Of a stretch of 64,000 nucleotides of DNA, positions 56,972 through 64,000 are shown one piece after another. The position numbers and the translations under genes were made by a program. The stretch's first letter is position 1. Every line of letters begins with the position of its first letter. The notes below the pieces were generated by a model that did not search any database, had not been told where the DNA came from, and saw only the letters and a program-made list of their open reading frames with translations. This DNA comes from Spirochaetia bacterium. Its GTDB lineage: Bacteria; Spirochaetota; Spirochaetia; UBA9216. The stretch spans positions 736,001 to 800,000 of the forward strand of contig OZ223264.1 in NCBI GenBank assembly GCA_965140585.1, given 5' to 3'.

Positions 56972-57406
56972 ATGGAAAATAATGACTGTATATTCTGCAA
57001 AATATTGAAAAAGGAAATGTCTGCAACAATAGTCTATGAAGACGATCTTGTTATGGCATTTATGGATGTTTTTCCCATCAACCCCGGTCATGTGCTTGTG
57101 ATACCCAGAGAGCATCAGCAGTATATTTCCGATGTATCGGACGAAGCTGCTGCAAGGATGTTCGAAGTAGGGCGGAAGGTGAATACTGCACTCCGGAACA
57201 GCGGACTGAAGTGTGAAGCTGTGAATTTCATACTATCAGACGGTGTGGCTGCCTCTCAGGAGGTGTTTCACTCCCATCTTCATTGTGTCCCGAGATATGA
57301 GGGTGATGGAGTGAAATTTATATATCCCGGAAAGGCCAAGGGGATGGCTGATGCCGATGAACTGAAAGGCAACGCCGGGTCAATCCGGAATAATCTTAAA
57401 ATCTGA
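56972..57406 (+). CDS. HIT-family nucleotide hydrolase
   Basis: 'CIFCKI', 'GHVLVIP', HxHxH 'HSHLH'. Confidence 0.92.
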   Translation: MENNDCIFCKILKKEMSATIVYEDDLVMAFMDVFPINPGHVLVIPREHQQYISDVSDEAAARMFEVGRKVNTALRNSGLKCEAVNFILSDGVAASQEVFHSHLHCVPRYEGDGVKFIYPGKAKGMADADELKGNAGSIRNNLKI

Positions 57407-57412
57407 ACTTGT

Positions 57413-58426
57413 TCAGGACATAAGCCCGGCGAACACCTTTCTAAGTTCTGCTTCAGCGTCGCTGCGGCTTCCCTTCCATTCAAAGCCGGCTGCTCTCTTA
57501 TGTCCGCCGCCTCCGAATGAGGCGGCAACAGCACCTACATCAAGATCATCAAGACTTCTGAGGCTTACCGAACATTTACCTTCCTCTTCTTCACGGACAA
57601 AGATGATGGCTTCACACCCTTTAACCCCGAAGAGCTGACTGTTGATCGTGTCAGAGTCTCGGTTTTTAGAGCCGTACTTATTTTTTTCTTCAAGGGTTTC
57701 ATAAATGAATATACAGCGGCCGTCCAGAAAGCTTTCCGCCCTAGAAAGGATCCTCCCTGTCAGTATCTTGCTCTCCAGCGGCCTTCCTCCGTACATCCGG
57801 TAGAAAAGCTTTTTCGGGGAGGCTCCATACGCCAGCAGCTCAGCAGCCAGCTGCATTGCTTCAGAATCGGTTTCAGAAGAATCGAGGTGTCTGAAGTATC
57901 CAGTGTCGGTTATGAATCCGAATAAAAGATCCTCGGCGGCCGTCTCCTGCGGTTTGCAGCCTAATTCCTTCATAAGCTTGTAGACAAGTACTGTGGTTGA
58001 AGGTGATTTACCCTCAACATAACTCACATCACCGAAGGGCCTGCCTGATGCGTGGTGATCTATTACTGCCACGGGATATTCCTTAATTTCTTCAGCAAAT
58101 CCTGCACCTATTCTGTCCGGGGTTGAGCAGTCTGCAATTATTACGGCACATTCAGCTTTGACAACGGGATTGCTGATGTCTTTTCCTGCTTTTTCAGCAG
58201 CTTCTGCAATGCTTGGTGAAAACATAGACATCATCTCCATTGATTCAGGTCTGATAAAAGGACCGGGAGAGCATAGTGCCGCTTTTTTTCCAAGACTATC
58301 TATCAGATCGGCGAGGCCTGTCTGTGAACCCAGACAGTCTCCGTCGGGTTCTTCATGACCGAGAATGAAAAAAGTACTGTATTTATCTATAAAACTTTTA
58401 AGTTTCTGAGGTATTTCTTTCAGCAT
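57413..58426 (-). CDS. nrnA: DHH/DHHA1 bifunctional oligoribonuclease/pAp phosphatase
   Basis: 'H.EPDGD', 'IDHH', 'TDTG.F', 'GGGGH..AAG'. Confidence 0.88.
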   Translation of the reverse strand: MLKEIPQKLKSFIDKYSTFFILGHEEPDGDCLGSQTGLADLIDSLGKKAALCSPGPFIRPESMEMMSMFSPSIAEAAEKAGKDISNPVVKAECAVIIADCSTPDRIGAGFAEEIKEYPVAVIDHHASGRPFGDVSYVEGKSPSTTVLVYKLMKELGCKPQETAAEDLLFGFITDTGYFRHLDSSETDSEAMQLAAELLAYGASPKKLFYRMYGGRPLESKILTGRILSRAESFLDGRCIFIYETLEEKNKYGSKNRDSDTINSQLFGVKGCEAIIFVREEEEGKCSVSLRSLDDLDVGAVAASFGGGGHKRAAGFEWKGSRSDAEAELRKVFAGLMS

Positions 58427-58508
58427 ATTATGTCCTTGTTCTGATGGTTAATATGTTAATTTACGCATTTAGACAGTAATATGCAATAATTTTAGCGGTT
58501 TAAAAAGA

Positions 58509-58548
58509 GAAAACCGGAGCTCACCGTAACACGGGAACTCCGGTTTTC
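58509..58548 (-). terminator. Terminator of the TRAP-DUF169 operon
   Basis: GAAAACCGGAG...CTCCGGTTTTC with a T-rich tail on the minus strand. Confidence 0.7.
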
Positions 58549-58570
58549 AAAGGATTGTTGGGAGAAAAGG

Positions 58571-59317
58571 TTAAAGCTCCTCTTTAACTTCAGCGACGAT
58601 TTCCTGCATTCTCTTGAGATGGTTTTCCTTTCCCCAGGAGTATTGAGGAAGATCCCATTCTATGGTTTTCAGGTTTTCTGCGACTTCAGGTATTGCATTG
58701 TAGGGAATCGACAGAAAGAGCCATCCCGGCGGGAACAGTTTTCTTGCTTTCATTCCGTGATGAAGACCCGTGACCATCATGTTCAGCTCTCCGCTGAAAT
58801 ATGGATACAGGTATAAAAATGCACATCCTACAACTGTTGTTCCCTTTGCATTCCATGCTGCTCCGGAGCGGTAGGTATATGCTCTCATTATAATTTCTGC
58901 CTGGTCTGCATCTGCAGTTAATATAAGAAGATCAGGGTTGAAATTAAGTGTATCAAGTTTTGAGTATAAAACGTAGTTAACACTGTTTTTTTCAAATTTT
59001 GACATGTTGGTATACAGCTTTCTATTCGCCCTCGGATCTTCGTAAACTCCGAGCCTCGGTCCAACCTGTCCGCTTTCAAATATTGGATCTCCTTCTTCCA
59101 TTCCCAGCAGAATAGGGCCGGCCTTGCATTCATGGTTTTCTGCAGTTGTATAAAACGGTCTGTCGTATTCCTGAGCTTCTTTGAGCATCTCGCAAAAAGC
59201 CAGTTTTTTTTCAATGTGTTCAACTCCGACAGGTTTTGTTAAAAGGAATTTGACACCAACAGGACTGAATTTAAAATTAAAATTTTTGAATATTGAAAAA
59301 TCTATTGTATCGTTCAT
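58571..59317 (-). CDS. DUF169-family protein
   Basis: 'SPVGVKF', 'FCEM', 'H.C..G...LG', 'PDLL', 'GC'. Confidence 0.7.
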   Translation of the reverse strand: MNDTIDFSIFKNFNFKFSPVGVKFLLTKPVGVEHIEKKLAFCEMLKEAQEYDRPFYTTAENHECKAGPILLGMEEGDPIFESGQVGPRLGVYEDPRANRKLYTNMSKFEKNSVNYVLYSKLDTLNFNPDLLILTADADQAEIIMRAYTYRSGAAWNAKGTTVVGCAFLYLYPYFSGELNMMVTGLHHGMKARKLFPPGWLFLSIPYNAIPEVAENLKTIEWDLPQYSWGKENHLKRMQEIVAEVKEEL

Positions 59318-59327
59318 TATTTGTTCC

Positions 59328-60641
59328 TTATCCGAAAATCAACCCGGGAAGCCACGTGGCAATAGCCGGGAAAATAATTATCAAAGCAATACATAACAGC
59401 AGTGCGCCTACAAACGGCCAGACACCCTTGAACAGCGTCTCAATCTTAACCGACGGGGCAACACTCTTCATTACATAAATATTTAAACCAACAGGCGGGG
59501 TTATACTTCCCATTACTGTAACAAGCAAGATTATTACACCAAACCAGATTGGGTCATAATGCAGTGTTCCGACTACAAGGGGGAAGAAAATGGGAACTGT
59601 GAGAAGAATCAAAGCAAGTGCGTCGATGACACATCCAAGTATCAGATATATAAGAACAATAAGCCCCATTACAGCAAAATTCGGAAGATTGAACTCTGAT
59701 ACCCAGGTTGAAAGCTGGAATGGAATTCGTGTGAGAGCAAAGAATCTTCCGTAGACTGTCGCTGCAGCTACAAGCATAAAAATCATGGCACTTAATTTGG
59801 TTGTATCAAGAAGTGCAAGTTTTAGTTTCTTAAAATCCATTTTCTTTTCGAACAGGGTTAGAACCAGCAGGGCAATCGCTCCGACGGCTCCTGCTTCTGT
59901 AGGAGTAAACCAGCCTATAAACAACCCGCCGAGTGAGACAACGAAAACTACTAAAACTTCAAGTAATCCGTCTTTCTTTATTGTTGATATTATTTCATTA
60001 CGACTGGCTTTTTCTCCTGCCGGACCCAGCGACGGGTCTCTTTTGCAAAGGATATATATGGTCAGCATGTTAGCGACAGTCAGAAGAATCCCCGGCAGTA
60101 TACCGGCAACGAAAAGACGGCCGATAGACTGTTCTGTTGCAATTCCGTAGATTATGAACAGGACGCTGGGTGGAATCAGACTGCCGATAGATGCGCCTGC
60201 CGCTATACTGGAAGCTGATAATTCATCCTTATAATGATACCTCTTCATTTCTGGAAAAGCGATGGTTCCTATGGTTGCCACACTCGCTGCAAGTGAGCCG
60301 CATATCGCACCGAATAAAGCACAGGCCAGCTGAGCCGCCAGGGCAAGGCCGCCTTTCCGGTGTCCTATAACCTTATGTGAAAGCCGAAACAGACCGGATC
60401 CTATTCCAGAATAATATGCTACAAAGCCCATGAAGACAAACATCGGGACGACTGTGAGTGAGTATGATGAAAAACTGGAGAAAATATCTTTTGATATAAT
60501 ATTAAAAGCGGCCTGGGGTGAACGGAGAAAGGTCAGTCCCCAGAATCCAGTAAGCAGCATTGAGAAGCTGACAGGGACTCCAAGAAACATAATTATGATA
60601 AAAATAATTAAACCGAATAAACCTACTAATGCTGCACTCAT
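59328..60641 (-). CDS. dctM: TRAP transporter large permease DctM
   Basis: 'VPMFVFMG', 'LIPPS...IIYG', 'DPIWFG', 'TPPVGLN', 'FP.IATWLP'. Confidence 0.92.
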   Translation of the reverse strand: MSAALVGLFGLIIFIIIMFLGVPVSFSMLLTGFWGLTFLRSPQAAFNIISKDIFSSFSSYSLTVVPMFVFMGFVAYYSGIGSGLFRLSHKVIGHRKGGLALAAQLACALFGAICGSLAASVATIGTIAFPEMKRYHYKDELSASSIAAGASIGSLIPPSVLFIIYGIATEQSIGRLFVAGILPGILLTVANMLTIYILCKRDPSLGPAGEKASRNEIISTIKKDGLLEVLVVFVVSLGGLFIGWFTPTEAGAVGAIALLVLTLFEKKMDFKKLKLALLDTTKLSAMIFMLVAAATVYGRFFALTRIPFQLSTWVSEFNLPNFAVMGLIVLIYLILGCVIDALALILLTVPIFFPLVVGTLHYDPIWFGVIILLVTVMGSITPPVGLNIYVMKSVAPSVKIETLFKGVWPFVGALLLCIALIIIFPAIATWLPGLIFG

Positions 60642-61144
60642 TGCTTAATCTCTCCTTCCAATTTTAAATCAATTATGCCTTCCACAATTTTTACCAGCGG
60701 AGTGATTGTTAGCAGAATAAAACCCAGACAAAGAAAAGCCATAACATATACAATGGGAATCCTTATTACCGGGCTGACATCTCCTACCGCAACACGGTCG
60801 ATGGTGTAAAGAACCATATTCCAGGCAATAAGTATGAAATTAATTAAAACAACAATATTCATTATGATTCCGATTATTTTTGCCTTTTTTTCAGAAAGTT
60901 TTTCCAGTAAAAATGTCAGATTTGTGTGCCCTCCTTCAAAGGCACATCGTGAAAGTGCAAAGCTGATTGATAACAGTGATAAATAACATACAATTTCATA
61001 TACGCCGAAAATCGGCATTTCAAGCACCGGGCTGCGTGTAATAACATTGGCAACTACAAGAAGGCAGTTTAAAAACAAGATTGCAGCTGCTAAATAATCC
61101 AGTTTCCTGGCAAATGTTTTTAAAAATCGAATAGCGGTATACAT
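60638..61144 (-). CDS. dctQ: TRAP transporter small permease DctQ
   Basis: 4 TM segments, 'NVITR', 'GGH'; lies between dctP and dctM. Confidence 0.85.
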   Translation of the reverse strand: MYTAIRFLKTFARKLDYLAAAILFLNCLLVVANVITRSPVLEMPIFGVYEIVCYLSLLSISFALSRCAFEGGHTNLTFLLEKLSEKKAKIIGIIMNIVVLINFILIAWNMVLYTIDRVAVGDVSPVIRIPIVYVMAFLCLGFILLTITPLVKIVEGIIDLKLEGEIKQ

Positions 61145-61165
61145 ATGTTCCTCTTTTTAAGAATC

Positions 61166-61195
61166 ATTGCGTACCTGTGAGTTCAGGTACGCAAT
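61166..61195 (-). terminator. Intercistronic hairpin after dctP
   Basis: ATTGCGTACCTG...CAGGTACGCAAT. Confidence 0.6.
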
Positions 61196-61215
61196 TGGGT
61201 AAGAATGATAGAAAA

Positions 61216-62329
61216 TTATTTGGCTATTTCTGCAAGATAACTGTCGTGAACCTTATTGTATTTTTCTCCGAGTTCAAAAAGCAGTTCTTTTGCTTCTTCT
61301 CCACGGAGACCTTTCTGATCCAGTTCTTCAGCATAGTGATCAAGTATGTGGGCGATTTTTTCTTTCCAGCGTTCAGTTTCTTCAGGTGTCAGTGTAATCA
61401 CTTCCTGTCCTGTTTCTTCTACTGCATATTTCATTCCGTTGTCGCTTTCTTCATCATAAAAATGGATTACAATATCTTCCCATATCTTGTTACAGGCATT
61501 TTCAATTCCAGTCTGAATGTCTGTCGGGAGGGAATTCCATGTATCCAGGTTCATTACTACAGCCTGAAGACCGTTGTACATAAAAGGAGTGAGTGTAGTA
61601 TATTTTGTTACCTCGGCGTTATGCCAGGTGTGAAGGGTTTCGTTGCTGGCAAGGGTGCCCTGTACAATGCCCTTCTGGAGAGCTTCATAGCCGTCCTGAT
61701 GTGACATTGAAACCGGCTTTGCTCCGAGTGCAGTAAGCGACGGTGCGTCAGACCCTATGCAGCGGATTTCCATACCTGCCAGGTCTTCGAGCGAAGACAC
61801 GGGTTTAACTGTATGTATATTTCCGGGGCCGGTGCATATAAGCATTAAAACCTTAACATCATGGAATTCTTTAGGATCTAGTTTTTCTACAAATTCCTTG
61901 AAGGTTCGGCTGGCCGCTTCTCCGCTTTTAAAGGGAACGCCTGATTTTTTAAGAATATCGCTTGTCAGAAACCTGCCGTTTACCCATGAAAGCGATTCAT
62001 GGCCTATATCAGCCGCACCAATGGCAACGCCGTCATTAAATCTTTCCGCCCTCATAAGCAGCGTTCCGCCGGGATATGTATTGATTTTTACCCTGCCGTT
62101 GGTTTCTTTATCAATTTCAGCAAGTAAGGGACCCATTACTTTTGATTTCCCACGGACTTGCTGCCGGCATCAGACCTGCAAATGACAGCTCGATCGGTTT
62201 TTCCGCGTTCTTTGAACCGGCATCGCTTTGTGCTGTTTTTTCTGAATCGGATTTACATCCTGCACCAGAGATTATCAGCATGACCGCTAATAATGCATAG
62301 ACTGATTTCAACAACCTCTCTTTTTTCAT
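61216..62329 (-). pseudogene. dctP: TRAP substrate-binding lipoprotein DctP, one +1 frameshift near 62142
   Basis: Lipobox 'GAGC' in ORF 62117-62353, joined to 'TNGRVKI..YPGGTL', 'DLAGMEIR', 'YEALQKGIVQG'. Confidence 0.85.
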
Positions 62330-62535
62330 TTTACATCCTCCATAAAGTTTCAACGGATTCTCCGTTTTGACAGAAGTGTAAGTGCAGTTACCGTATTCAT
62401 AAATGGAATATTAAAACAAAGATATGTAATATTAAGTCATCCTTTCGAATTAATTAGTCAAATCAGGTAAAAGCAGGTAGAATCTTTATCTGCTATACAA
62501 GTGTACATCCAAGTTTTAAAATTTCAAAGAGCAGT

Positions 62536-64000
62536 TTGTTCTTTACTGTAAAAATAAGGAGTGCTGTCATAAAGATTTTCAGAAGCCTGTTCACCAGAAT
62601 ATACATGTTTTATACTATACTGATAGCTTTCCTGATTACGGGCATCTGTACGATTGTCTTTATTATTCTGACACAGAATATCGAAAACAATGAAATCAGG
62701 GATATGAACAATGTAACTGCGTTGATTTCCGAACAGCTTAACCTTCGGATTAAAGAAATGAATCAGATTTCATTTGGTGTTCTGACTAATACTTATGTAA
62801 GACAGTCTTTACTGTATCTAAGCGGATATAATTATGAGACAGTGAATATGCTGATGTACTTAAGTTCCTACAACATGATTACGGACAATATTTTTACCAT
62901 TTCCCAGCCTTTTCCGGATATTGACAGGGTTAATGTATTCAGTGACAGTAATATGTATTTTTCAAGTAAGAGGTTTGATACTGATTCCGGAAAAGTCAGG
63001 AAGCAGCTGCTCTCACGTCCGAAACCCGATGATATAAAGCTGGAAGCCGGATACTCATACAATGTTCTGCCGCCTCATGATAATGAATGGGAGGAGAATC
63101 CCGGTGAAAAGATTTTTTCACTTCAAAGGGTTGTGCAAAGCTCCCACGGGCCGATTGGGATAATCGAAGTTCAGGCAAAATACAACATTATTGCTGAAAT
63201 CTGCGATATCAGTCCGATTAATTCCGGCAGGATATTTATTCTGGATAAAGGTGATAACCTTATATATCCGGGAAAGTCACTTGCTGAAAATGGTGATGAA
63301 AAGCTGATAAATAATTATAAAAACGCCGAAGAAATTTCTGAGCATGCAGCAGTAAAATTTATGGAGCAGCAGTCAGGGATCCGCTATGTTGCCGTAAGCA
63401 GAGTTGCTTCATATCCTGACTGGATTGTTCTTTACATGATTCCGCGTACTATTCTGAATGAGCCGATATTTAATATTCTACGGCTGATAATAATAATCGG
63501 TATATTCGGGACAGCTATATCCTTTGTAATAGCATATATAATAGCCCTTCATATCTATACACCGCTGAGAGAACTCAAGAAAAAAGTTGAGAATTTTGAT
63601 TATCAGAATATTAATCCTGATATGAATGCCTATACTTTTTCAAATGTAGATGGTGAAATTGCTATTCTTAACCGCAGTTTTGACAAGATGGCGCTTAAAC
63701 TGAAAAATTCATTGGACGAAACAATTCAGACCCAGCAGCAAATTGAGAAAGCCTACTATAAACTTCTTCAGTCTCAGATGAATCCGCATTTTCTCCATAA
63801 CACAATATCGGTGATATCAATAATGGCAAAAAACCTCGGTGATGGCAAAATTCCTGATATCTGCAGTAAATTAAATACAATATTGAAGTACACATCGGAT
63901 ATTTCTGAAAACTATGTGACGTTGCGTGCAGAAAAGAAAATATAGATTCATTCCTGGGCCTGCTGAAATACCGCTATGAACACAGGATGGAATATAAGAT
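62536..64000 (+). CDS. Membrane sensor histidine kinase, YesM/LytS type (truncated by window; apparent frameshift near 63940)
   Basis: Two TM segments, HAMP 'GEIAILNRSFDKM', H-box 'LQSQMNPHFLHNT'; continuation 'FLGLLKYRY' in another frame. Confidence 0.85.

Overview
A 64-kb bacterial chromosomal segment, probably from an anaerobic free-living spirochaete (inferred from 'AFAGGQQE'-type solute-binding-protein leaders, BMP lipoprotein and overall gene content). No rRNA, tRNA, CRISPR array, integrase or transposase was recognised. Main blocks: (1) BMP-type ABC transporter with Zn-dehydrogenase, FGGY kinase and class I aldolase; (2) housekeeping/unknown enzymes (SerA-like, PLP fold-II enzyme, ArfB, RmlD-like, AroE-like); (3) a YbiW/PflF-like glycyl radical enzyme locus with activating enzyme, sugar ABC transporter, an atypical ROK kinase and a YciT-like DeoR regulator, followed by a LacI/GH4/ROK module, with many single-base frameshifts between about 16.8 and 28.2 kb; (4) carbamate kinase, a tandem cNMP-STAS protein and a trimeric [FeFe]-hydrogenase with non-bifurcating signatures; (5) an FG-GAP lipoprotein, LysR/flavoprotein/MFS and PadR/serine hydrolase; (6) a PocR-AraC and cobalamin-riboswitch-associated corrinoid methyltransferase cluster with an unusual UroD-thioredoxin fusion; (7) msmK-like/GntR pair with a phased operator array, pepF, rdgB, HIT, nrnA, DUF169-TRAP and a sensor kinase. 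The best candidates for undescribed systems are a PTS-independent (ABC + ROK kinase) glycyl-radical anhydro-sugar pathway and the orphan corrinoid methyltransferase cluster. All family assignments come from reading motifs by eye; no database searches were run.
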